Assembly: GCF_001194135.2 (NCBI RefSeq)
Contig: NC_068995.1
Location: 47,097,547 to 47,137,551 of the forward strand
Length of the DNA: 40,005 bases
DNA from: Octopus bimaculoides
Taxonomy: Eukaryota
Direction of reading: 5' to 3'
Shown here: positions 23,413 to 33,584 of the stretch, in pieces
Layout: each line of letters starts with the position of its first letter
Numbering within the stretch: the first letter of the stretch is position 1
The notes under the pieces: generated by a model
Told to the model about the DNA's origin: nothing
What the model saw: only the letters and a program-made list of their open reading frames with translations
Databases searched by the model: none
Translations under genes and position numbers: made by a program

Positions 23413-23545
23413 AAGAGTGGCTGTATGATAAGTAGCTTACTTACCAGCCACATGGTTCTGGGTTCAGTCCCACTGCATTGCACCTTGGGTAAGTGTCTTC
23501 TGCTATAGCCTTGGGTCGACCAAAGCCTTGTGAGTGGATTTCTAG
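23413..23545 (+). mobile_element. SINE family D head
   Basis: GTGGCTGTATGATAAG A box, GGGTTCAGTCCC B box, CACCTTGGGTAAGTGTC, CAAAGCCTTGTGAGTGGATTT. Confidence 0.85.
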
Positions 23546-23608
23546 GAATTGAAACCAAGATTTTGCAATCGTGTGAGTGTGTGCACCACCTTAACCACTA
23601 GGCCATGC
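23545..23608 (-). mobile_element. tRNA-like SINE head fragment
   Basis: Minus strand GCATGGCCTAGTGGTTAAGG...GGTTTCAATTCC (A and B boxes). Confidence 0.65.
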
Positions 23609-23689
23609 ATCCTCACTTTTATAATAATAATAATAATAGTAATAATAGTGATAATAATAATAATGATAATATTAATAATAATCCTGTCT

Positions 23690-23896
23690 ATTATAGGCAT
23701 AAGGCCTGAAATTTGGAGCGGTGGGTATAGATGATTATATCGACCCCAGAGCGTAACTGGTACTTAATTGATCGACACCGAAAGGATGAATGGTAAAGTC
23801 AACCTCAGTGGAATTTGAACTCGGAACGTCCCAACAGACAAGATAGCACTAAGCATTTCGCTCGGCATGCTAAAGATTCTGTCAGCTCACTGCCTT
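23690..23896 (-). mobile_element. SINE family A, full length, tail type 1 plus (TTA)n
   Basis: Reverse complement of the family A consensus; (TAA)n tract at 23620-23682. Confidence 0.88.
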
Positions 23897-24409
23897 TATA
23901 ACAATAATAATAATAATAACAATACTAGTAATAATAATGATGATGATAGTTAAACAAGAGAAATAAAAAATAAGCAACAGCATAAATGAAAGTAGATTCT
24001 GGTAGAAAAGAACAAAAAAAAAACAAAAAATAAACTATAGTTGAATAAGCACAGTATTTTCTTCCATCATGGATTTTATTTATAGAATGTTCTAGATGTA
24101 GCATTTGTTTGGCGCTGACAAAAGACATAATACTTGTCTTTTGATGATGAGAAGTGAATTGCAGTTGTAAAAGAAGCTGACATTTCTTTCTTATATAGAA
24201 TCACACACACACACACACACACAGCATCCTCTTGGCCACTGCCGCCTGCCCGCTAACCGTGGCCATCACCATCACGACCACCGACACTAAAAAAACCAAA
24301 CGTCTCTGACACCACTGAACACACATTTGAGAGTCAGACGAGTATAAAGAAATTAATTACTTAATTCAGTTTTTATCACCTAGGAAACAACAAAACATGG
24401 ATTGGTGAT

Positions 24410-24940
24410 TGAGAGAGAGAGAGAAAGAGAGAGAGAGAGAAAGAGAGAGAGATGCATGTGAGATAAAGAACAGAACAGAGTAGATCAGAGAGAGAGAGAG
24501 AGGGGTTTAGTAGATTGGGTAGGTAGGTTGGTCGGTAGGTAGGTACAAATATGGAACAGCAATGCTTTGGAGGAGAAAAATCAACATGCTAAACAAAAAG
24601 GAGGTATGTAAAACAAATAGAGGAAAAAACATGCATTGACTAATGTAAACAGAAAACACATTTCACTTCATTTTGTATGTGATACCCTGACATGCTTTAC
24701 CATGCAATGTTTATCCTGGGTATGCACACTTATGTTAATGAGTGTATATGTATATGTGTGTATATATATATGTATATATGTATGTATGTATATATGTGTG
24801 TGTGTGTGTGTGTGTGTATAAATATATGCACAGACATATAAGTATGTATATACATACATACATACATACATATACATCAGATATGCATCTATATATACAT
24901 GAAGGTATGTACATACATGTACATATATATGCATATACTC

Positions 24941-24985
<45 letters not shown>

Positions 24986-25047
24986 GCATATAACAATATG
25001 CAAAAGCAAAACGATTATTGAGTGGGCCGTGCTTATGGATGTATGAA

Positions 25048-25098
<51 letters not shown>

Positions 25099-25444
25099 TA
25101 CACATGCATGCACACATGCATACATTAACTCAAACAAATGTAAATACGTACATAGACTAGTACACATATGTGTGTATATATGCATACATACATACAAGCA
25201 CATATACACATACACACAAACACACTCATATATATATACATATGTATATTTGCATGTACGTATGCTTGTATGAAGGTGTATTAATCACCACCATTTCATA
25301 CACTCCCAAAGAATAGTCTTTTAAAATTAGTTCAATGACTGGAGACAAATGCATGTAAACACTCCTCTCTTTATAATGACACTGAGCTGTAAGCAGATAT
25401 CATTCTATTCATGTGTGTGCATGTATGTATGTGCGTGTGTGTGT

Positions 25445-25495
<51 letters not shown>

Positions 25496-25520
25496 TGTCT
25501 GTCTGTGTGTGTGTGTGTGT
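24410..25520. repeat. (GA)n, (GGTA)n, (TA)n, (GT)n and (CA)n microsatellite cluster
   Basis: Direct reading. Confidence 0.9.
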
Positions 25521-25604
25521 ATCATGGACTCTCTCCTCATAGATGACAGATGAAGGCTCTGCAATTTCTTGCTGGCCAACCTGCACAAAGGATTTGTTCA
25601 TAAT

Positions 25605-25812
25605 GATCGAATGTTTGCGCCGTACGTAATCTCACGCTCTCAATCAAATCGACATTGCATGTACAGGTGCTCGAGTGTGCCTCACATCAGATGTCAAAGT
25701 GATCACAGAGCCATGTGAGGTGAAGAGTTTTGCTCAAGAATACAATGCAAAGACTGGTCCAGAAATAGAATCCGCAATTTTATGATGACGAGTTCGACAC
25801 CCTAAGCACTAA
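25605..25812 (-). mobile_element. Diverged tRNA-derived SINE with a head related to family B
   Basis: Minus strand TTAGTGCTTAGGGTGTCGAACTC...GATTCTATTTCTGGACC...CTTGAGCAAAAC. Confidence 0.5.
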
Positions 25813-25840
25813 TTAACATGAACTCACTATATATATATAA

Positions 25841-26080
25841 TCATCATCATCATCGTCAGGCTCCTATCTGATCTGGCAGAGTTTCTACAGCTGGATGCCC
25901 TTCCTAACGCCAACCACTCTGAGAGTGTAGTACGTGCTTTTACATGCCACCGGCACGAGGGTCAGTGAGGCAGTACTGGCAACAACCATGCTCAAAAGGT
26001 GTTTTTTACGTGCCACCTGCATGGGAGCCAGTCTGGCGGCACTGGCAACGACTACGCTCAAATGTCGTTTTTCATGTGCC
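25841..26080 (-). mobile_element. Family C SINE-like element with 66-bp internal subrepeats and (GAT)n tail
   Basis: CAGCTGGATGCCCTTCCTAACGCCAACCAC core; subrepeat starts at 25942, 26008 and 26074. Confidence 0.85.
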
Positions 26081-26082
26081 AT

Positions 26083-26245
26083 AGTTGAAATTTACAGAAA
26101 AACAAAAGATGAAGACAGGTGTATAAACAACAAGCCGGTGTATTAGTTTGACTCTCAGGAAAATGAAAAAGTCTTTTACATTTCGAGCCTATGCTCTTCA
26201 ATAGAAAGGAACACAAGGAAATAAACAGGGAGAGTATAAGAAAAA
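26083..26245 (-). mobile_element. Family X dispersed repeat with a hammerhead-like motif
   Basis: Colinear with 32778-32950; minus strand TTGAAGAGCATAGGCTCGAAATGTA. Confidence 0.75.
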
Positions 26246-26248
26246 CAG

Positions 26249-26513
26249 AATAACAGACAATGGATAATTGGCAACTCATTACAGCTGTTTGTTACATATC
26301 TTTTTAATAGAAGAATGAGAACATTACTTCATTACCAAAAAAAAAATGTAATCATCAGATGAAATGGAATTTTACAAGAATATCCCAAGAATACTACAGG
26401 GATGAGACCAAAGTCTGTCGAAGCTAATGAAGTAAAGTTGTCATTCTTCTATTTAAAAATGCATTATAAATAGCTGTAATGAGCTGACAATTAATTATCC
26501 ATCATCTGTTATT
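26249..26513. mobile_element. MITE with about 85-90-bp imperfect TIRs
   Basis: AATAACAGACAATGGATAATT..CTCATTACAGCT..AATAGAAGAATGA..TTACTTCATTA versus TAATGAAGTAA..TCATTCTTCTATT..AGCTGTAATGAG..AATTATCCATCATCTGTTATT. Confidence 0.8.
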
Positions 26514-26814
26514 ATTCATTTGATTATAATACATCAAGGGGATTCACAACTTGTCGGACACCCTTGAGTATATCAACAATGCACAATTCAACATAGTGCA
26601 TACTTTGGACCAGCCCCGAGGTCCTAAATAATCATAACGCTGGTTGTCTCTGTGTACACAACTGGAATATCCTATTTGATTCTTATCAACCATAGGCCGG
26701 AATCACAGGTTTATCCAACCCTACTTGGTGCTTATCTTTTCAAGTACTCGATTCTACCTGAATCCTTATTTTACTATATACATATACAAAACATGTTCAA
26801 AACGTGTTCAAAAC

Positions 26815-26975
26815 ATGTCTGGCCGTAGGGTAATATTACCTTGCATGGGGACAGGTGAGATTTGGTGACCAAACAGTCATCTGGCTATAGAAGAATGATT
26901 ACCAAATCAAAGTCCATCTGAGCCATGCAAGCACGGAAAAGTGGATGCTAAATGATGACAAAGATGATGATGATA
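26815..26975 (+). mobile_element. Family C-related 3' fragment
   Basis: CCATGCAAGCACGGAAAAGTGGATGCTAAATGATG tail, resembling 34710-34756. Confidence 0.6.
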
Positions 26976-27221
26976 TAAGTGCATATGTTTGTGTGCTTGT
27001 GTGGGCATATGTAGGCAATTGCATGTGCGTGTGTGTGTGTGCACACATGTGTGTATGTGTGTGTGTGTGTGTGTGTTTGCAATGATGTAGGAGAATGAGT
27101 TCTCATAACAAAATGAGTGGATAAATAATTGTTTTAATAGAAATCAGGAGTTTGATACCGTAGGTTTCATGCAAGTGCTGTTTCACATCACACTTTCACC
27201 AAAATATAAAAGAAATTATTG

Positions 27222-27435
27222 CGGCAAGCTGACAGACAAGTTAGCACGCCGGGCGAAATGCTTAGCATTATTTCGTGTGCTGTTACGTTCTGAGTTCAAA
27301 TTCCGCCAAGGTCAACTTTGCCTGTCATCCTTTTGGGGTCGATAAATTAAGTACCAGTTAAGCACTAGGGTCGATGTAATAGAGTTAATCTCTTTGTCTG
27401 TCCTTGTTTGTCCCCCTTATGGACAATAAAGAAAT
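27222..27435 (+). mobile_element. SINE family A, full length, tail type 2, 12-bp TSD
   Basis: AAGAAATTATTG at 27210-27221 and 27436-27447; tail TTTGTCTGTCCTTGTTTGTCCCC...CAATAAAGAAAT. Confidence 0.93.
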
Positions 27436-27649
27436 AAGAAATTATTGTGTAGTACTTTTATTGACATTTATAAATTTCTGGCTCTTTGTGTTCAAATCAT
27501 GCCAAAGTTAATTTTGCTCGTTTTTCCTCCAGGGGCGGCAATCACTAAAATAAAGTACCTGTCATATACTAGTCAATAAAGTCACCTTTCCCCACAAAAT
27601 TACTGGACTTGTGCCTTACAAAATAAGCAATAAATGTATACACGGGTGT

Positions 27650-27781
27650 ATGTGTGTGTATTTATTTATTCATAAATTCCACCTCTACTCCTCCATTTAT
27701 ATACATACATATATACATAAATGTGTGTGTATATATATATGTACGTATATATATGTATGTATATATATATATATATATATG

Positions 27782-27879
<98 letters not shown>

Positions 27880-27964
27880 CATTTTTATATATATGTATAC
27901 ATATGTGCATGTATATATATTCCTGTGATAAATAGATGTGAGACAAATCTATTCTCAAAATGGC

Positions 27965-27997
<33 letters not shown>
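27650..27997. repeat. (TA)n/(CA)n and (CT)n microsatellites
   Basis: Direct reading. Confidence 0.95.
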
Positions 27998-28000
<3 letters not shown>

Positions 28001-28923
28001 AATGCCTCTTGCAATGGTTATTCATAGACCTATCATTATAATGACAGGGCATTTCTTAAAACATCCCATTGGAATCACACTCCTTAATTCCTGATTCCAA
28101 ATCAAAACACCATATTTACTAAACCGTTCTCACGAACAGTCAAGCCATCTGTTATTATCACAAATTATCTCTATTTTTGTTCTTGGATGTCTTCCAGAAC
28201 GTCTGATTAAAATCTCTGGAACTTTCTTTTGCAATAATTCATTAGTTTTTATGATGCAACTTCAATAAAATGGTAACATCTTTAGACATCTTTAGAAGCT
28301 GATTTCTTGAAAATGAGAAAAGATTTTTTTATTTCCTTTTTTTTCGTTTTGTTGTTTGTTCTTTCTTTTTTTTTTTACCTTTTCATTAATTTCTTTTGTT
28401 TTATTAGACATTGTTAATTTTGGTTTTCTTTTTAGCTTTCAGGCTAGCTTTGACATTGAAAAGAACTATGATTGAAAACCTTTCCATGCATGACATTCCA
28501 CCCTTTTCAGACACAACAAACCCAGAACTACATTATTGTAATAAGTTCTTTCTGTCTTCCTTAGAAAATAGTATTTCATGTGGCTTCAGAAACATTTAGC
28601 TGCTCTTTCTAGCATATTGAACAAATGCATAAAAGCTCCCTCGTTGTCACAATACAAAGTGGTTTGTATCTACTACATTCCAATTTCATTTATTGTACTT
28701 TTTATAGTAGCCACCAATTTTCAAGTACACTAATGGGGACCTAACAGCAATGGCTCAGCCCCAAACATTTGCTTCCAAAGGGTCAAAAACGGTCAAATAA
28801 AGCTTTGGGCTTCCAGTTTTGCCTGCTCAACTTTAAACATATCAAAACATCTTTGTTTTTTAGGGGCTTTTTTTGAGTAACAGGATTTTATTTCACTAGA
28901 CATCACCCCTTCTCATATTCCTT

Positions 28924-29191
28924 TTCTACTCTAGGTGCAAGGCCTGAAATTTTGGGGGAGGTGGGAGCCATTTGATTAGATCCACCCCAGTATGCAACAG
29001 GTACTTATTTTATTGACCTTGAAAGGATGAAAGGCAAAGTCGACCACGGCAGAATTTGAACTCAGAATGTAAAGACAGACGAAATACCACTAATGCATTT
29101 TGCCCAGCGTGCTAATGTTTCTTATTTCTTTATTGCCCACAGGGGGCTAAACATAGAGGGGACAAACAAGGACAGACAAAGGGATTAAGTC
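28924..29191 (-). mobile_element. SINE family A (tail type 1) with a type-2 tail fragment fused at its 5' side
   Basis: 28924-29117 is family A; 29118-29191 is the reverse complement of the tail seen at 27390-27440. Confidence 0.85.
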
Positions 29192-29192
29192 A

Positions 29193-29298
29193 ATGGCGGT
29201 GGCAGTGGTGATGATGGTGGTGGCAGCGGTGGTTCTGGTGCTGGTGCTGGTGGTGATGATGATGATGATGGTGATGATGATGGTGATGGTGATGATGG
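29193..29298. repeat. (GGT/GAT)n microsatellite
   Basis: Direct reading. Confidence 0.9.
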
Positions 29299-29674
29299 TC
29301 ACTCAGTTTTGTGGTCTATTTTTTCTTCTCTGAGGTCTTGAAAAATTACACTTGGCACAAGTCCACATCTATGCGAGATTAAGATCTCAAAGCTACTTCA
29401 TCTCTTGGTAAAACAAACATCATTACTTCAAATTTCCACAAATTAGCTCCAGGCATTGCTCTAACTAGTTACCAGAAAGTCTGAAAGCCACTTAATCTCA
29501 CGACAAAACAAGTATAATTATCTTACACATTGCTCTAACTTCCACTCTAGGGGATCAAATATAAAGCTTGGTACCATCAGTCTACTGGTATATCAGCCTA
29601 TTTAGCCAGTACCAGACTTGATGAGTAATGTCACTAAGTTTAATGACATCTTTAGAATAGATATAATTTATAAC

Positions 29675-30043
29675 AGTGGTTAGGGCAGCGGACTCGCGGT
29701 CATAGGATCACAGTTTCGATTCCCAGACCCGGCGTTGTGAGTGTTTATTGAGCAAAAATACCTAAAGCTCCATGAGGCTCCGGCAGGGGATGGTGGCGAA
29801 CCCTGCTGTACTCTTTCACCACAACTTTCTCTCACTCTTACTTCCTGTTTCTGTTGTGCCTGTAATTCAAAGGGTCAGCCTTGTCACACTGTGCCACGCT
29901 GAATATCCCTGAGAACTACGTTAAGGGTACACGTGTCTGTGGAGTGCTCAGCCACTTGCGCGTTAATTTCACGAGCAGGCTGTTCCGTTGATCGGATCAA
30001 CTGGAACCTTCGACATCGTAAGCGACAGAGTGCCAACAACAAC
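29675..30043 (+). mobile_element. SINE family B, slightly 5'-truncated, 8-bp TSD
   Basis: TTTATAAC at 29667-29674 and 30044-30051; (CAA)n tail; starts inside the A box. Confidence 0.95.
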
Positions 30044-30299
30044 TTTATAACTATTCTATAATTTACAATTTAATCCTGCTCACCACCCATTTAATTGACT
30101 AGAAAACCAAAAAATATGGGACCTGCCACCATCAAAATATTTAAACCATTTCGTAACATTTCAGTGAAAGGAGGCGCCATTGTTATATGCCCTTCAGCAC
30201 TCTGTCTTTACGAAATTATCAATAAGAGAAGGAAATTCATACAATAGTAATAACAACTACAACAATTGTACGAATAAACAGGGTGAACTAACTTAGCAA

Positions 30300-30490
30300 G
30301 CTACAATGACTACCACCACCAGCACCACTACCACTACCACCAATACCATCTTCACAACTACCATCACAACCACAATCGTCGCTGCACCACCGCAATCACC
30401 AACACCACCACTGCCACCACTACAAATATCATTATTAACCATCATAATCATCATCATCATCAGCAGCAGCAGCAGTAGTAGCATCAATGT
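30300..30490. repeat. (ACC/ATC/AGC)n microsatellite
   Basis: Direct reading. Confidence 0.9.
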
Positions 30491-30783
30491 GATGTTACAT
30501 TTGCATGTCTGCATCTGTCAAGTAAAAAAAAAATGACATTTTCTGTCAAAATCTATGACGAGCCAAATTAATTACCAGTCTCTCCTGGTTCTTTCTATGC
30601 CAGTTTGTTTCGTGCAAGAAATATGATGCATGGGCAGCTATATTTCTTCATAGCCATTCTCCATTTTGTTTGTCTCATTACTATTTCCTTCACACACCAT
30701 TTTCCACCAGTTTGTTTTGCTGATGTTCTTTGTTTTGTTTGCTTCCTTGTTTGTTTGTTTGTTAAATTAGATTTGGTTTTTCA

Positions 30784-30916
30784 GTGCAAGAGAGGGTGCT
30801 AGACGATGGTTAAAATGGTACCTACTTCCATTGGCATTTTTTTTTTTTTTTTGGTGCAAGAGAGGGTGCTAGAAGATGGTTAAAATGGTACCTACTTACA
30901 TTGGCATTTTTTTTTT
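30784..30916. repeat. 70-bp-period tandem duplication ending in poly-T
   Basis: GTGCAAGAGAGGGTGCTAGA[C/A]GATGGTTAAAATGGTACCTACTT[C/A]CATTGGCA-Tn twice. Confidence 0.95.
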
Positions 30917-31036
30917 CTTTGGTTTTCTTTTGGTTGTTATTGTTGTTCTTAAGCAAAGCAGAATGTGAGAATTAATACAAAGTTAACTGTTTATATGTAA
31001 GACAGAATAAAGTGCATGGAATGCATACATATATAT

Positions 31037-31468
31037 ATCATCATCGTTTAACGTCCGCTNNNNNNNNNNNNNNNNNNNNNNNNNNNNNNNNNNNNNNNNN
31101 NNNNNNNNNNNNNNNNNNNNNNNNNNNNNNNNNNNNNNNNNNNNNNNNNNNNNNNNNNNNNNNNNNNNNNNNNNNNNNNNNNNNNNNNNNNNNNNNNNNN
31201 NNNNNNNNNNNNNNNNNNNNNNNNNNNNNNNNNNNNNNNNNNNNNNNNNNNNNNNNNNNNNNNNNNNNNNNNNNNNNNNNNNNNNNNNNNNNNNNNNNNN
31301 NNNNNNNNNNNNNNNNNNNNNNNNNNNNNNNNNNNNNNNNNNNNNNNNNNNNNNNNNNNNNNNNNNNNNACTGTAGTGGGTGCTTTTACATGCCAACAGC
31401 ATGAGGGCCAGTCACACGGTACTGGCAACGGCCATGCTCCAAAAGGTGTTTTTTACATGCCACCTGCC
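31037..31468 (-). mobile_element. Family C element probably spanning gap 31060-31369
   Basis: Tail TCATCATCGTTTAACGTCCGCT before the gap; subrepeats TTTTACATGCCA...ACTGGCAACGGCCATGCTC after it. Confidence 0.75.
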
Positions 31469-31520
31469 TCTGTGTGTGTGTGTGTGTGTGTGTGTGTATA
31501 AATACATTTCTTTTTCTCTC

Positions 31521-31829
31521 TTGCAAGTACTCGGCAACCCTGTCAGTGTAGGTGCCACATCAAAGCACCCACACCACACTGTAAATAGGTTGGCATCTGG
31601 AAGGGCATCCAGCTGTAAAAACCTTGCCAAAACTGACCTTGCCTGTGCTTGTGCCACGTAAAACGCACTAAGTTCATTCTGCTGAGTGGTTGGTGTTAGG
31701 AAGGGCACCCAGCTGTAAAAATCCTGCCAAAACACTTACAGAAGTCTGGTGCAAGCTTCTGTCTGACTGGCTCTAGCTCTTGTCAAACTGTCCCACCTAT
31801 GCCAGCATGGAAGGTCGACATTGAAATGG
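31521..31829 (+). mobile_element. Family C element with duplicated core
   Basis: GGTTGGCATCTGGAAGGGCATCCAGCTGTAAAAA and GGTTGGTGTTAGGAAGGGCACCCAGCTGTAAAAA in tandem; tail CCAGCATGGAAGGTCGACATT. Confidence 0.85.
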
Positions 31830-32029
31830 AATATACGAGAAACTTTATTGCTCACAACGATTGCTGCAACTCATTTTGCACCAATCCCTCACAGGCAGAA
31901 TATTGTGTAACTGGTTGTGGTGCATCCCTTGGTGCAGATGCGTCTTGTCAGGTGATGTTATAAGAGATATCTTGTTAAATATCTTGTTTTGCTCGGTTTT
32001 AATATTGTTAGTGACTGAATGTTCAAGCC

Positions 32030-32304
32030 ATTTACATATATAAATATATATCTCTGAGTGTGTATGTGCATATATATATATATATATATATATGTTTGTA
32101 TGCATGTATGTGTATAGAGATACATAAATAGAAGTGTATATGTGTGTGTATTGGGTGTGTGGGATTTCTTAAAACAGTCCAGCATAAATAATTCATAAAT
32201 GTCTGATGTCAAAGGTGTGAGAGCTTCATTGATCATTAAACATGTCAGGCAAATATCTCATTCTCTACTGTAACTACCATAGATATGTATATATGTATAC
32301 ATAC

Positions 32305-32390
<86 letters not shown>

Positions 32391-32439
32391 GCATGAATGT
32401 ATGTATACATGCATGCATTTATGTATGTACGTATGTATA

Positions 32440-32474
<35 letters not shown>

Positions 32475-32500
32475 GAATGTATGTATATGCGTGTGTGTAT
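32030..32500. repeat. (TA)n/(TACA)n/(GT)n microsatellites
   Basis: Direct reading. Confidence 0.9.
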
Positions 32501-32690
32501 AATCATCGTGATCATCATTCAATGTCCATTTTTCATGCTGGCAGGGTTTGGTCAGTTTGACAGGAGCCATCAAACCAAGAAGCTGCGGAGGCCTCCAAGT
32601 GCCTGCCTTGGCATAGTCTCTACAGCTGGATGCTCTTCTTAATGCCAACCACTTTCCAATGCATACTGGTTGCCTTCTACGTAGCACCAA
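32501..32690 (-). mobile_element. Family C element
   Basis: CATTCAATGTCCATTTTTCATGCTGGC...CTACAGCTGGATGCTCTTCTTAATGCCAACCAC. Confidence 0.85.
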
Positions 32691-32736
32691 AATAGATACT
32701 TTTATGTGGCTCCAGCATAAATGAGGCACCAAAGTT

Positions 32737-32777
<41 letters not shown>

Positions 32778-32778
<1 letters not shown>

Positions 32779-32950
32779 GAGTCGGAATTTACAAAAAAAC
32801 AAAACGGAAGATGAAGACGGGTGTGTAAACAATAAACAGATGTATTAGTTTAATGCTTGGGACGTGAGAAAGTCATTTACATTTCGAGCCTATGCTCTTC
32901 TTCAGAATGGAACACAGAAATAAGCAGAGAGAGAAAATAAAAAATGTTTA
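32778..32950 (-). mobile_element. Family X dispersed repeat with a hammerhead-like motif
   Basis: Minus strand CTGAAGAAGAGCATAGGCTCGAAATGTA; colinear with 26083-26245. Confidence 0.75.
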
Positions 32951-32972
32951 GTAGCTAATGATCAATCATGGC

Positions 32973-33018
<46 letters not shown>

Positions 33019-33137
33019 NNNNNNNNNNNNNNNNNNNNNNNNNNNNNNNNNNNNNNNNNNNNNNNNNNNNNNNNNNNNNNNNNNNNNNNNNNNNNNNNNN
33101 NNNNNNNNNNNNNNNNNNNNNNNNNNNNNNNNNNNNN
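33019..33137. other. Assembly gap between (GT)n and (GA)n tracts
   Basis: N-run. Confidence 1.
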
Positions 33138-33168
<31 letters not shown>

Positions 33169-33496
33169 ATAATATTAGGGAATGTCAAAATCCAAATTTA
33201 GAAGGATATTCAATTTAATAATACGAAATTGAATCTTATAATAAAGAATATATAAATAACTTAGAGAAGAACCACCAAGATGCAATCCAAACAATGAAGG
33301 AGATCAGACACCATCAAGAAAAAATACTCTACAGAATACTAATAGAGAGAGAGAGAGAGATTTGGTTTGCAAGATTTTTTTTGTGATTTCGTGTGTTGAA
33401 GCATATTCTGTTGTGTCTGGGGAGAGTCATTTTCTTTTCATGCCTTAAAATTTAACACACTCACCGTTAAAATTTCCACTTATTATTTTTATTTTC

Positions 33497-33533
33497 CTAA
33501 AATTTTCGTTGCGTTTTGCAACCTTTTCAATAG
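33497..33533 (-). ncRNA. Candidate minimal hammerhead-like motif (variant core)
   Basis: CUA-UUGAAAA-G-GUUGC-AAAAC-GCAAC-GAA-AAUU-U-UAG; manual fold only, activity untested. Confidence 0.35.
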
Positions 33534-33584
33534 TCTTGGCTCTCAAGACTATTGAAAAGTTTGCAAGACGCAACGGAAATTTTA
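33498..33584. repeat. 41-bp-arm hairpin with 5-nt loop
   Basis: Left arm 33498-33538, loop GCTCT 33539-33543, right arm 33544-33584; three differences (two G-U-compatible, one C-U mismatch). Confidence 0.95.

Noticed and set aside
26832-26852. ATATTACCTTGCATGGGG resembles the U1 snRNA 5' end
   Set aside because: Similarity ends within 20 nt, there is no Sm site or stems, and it is embedded in a family C-related repeat
31845-32105. LHNILPVR resembles the CR1/L2 LHWLPV motif
   Set aside because: Single weak motif with no supporting context
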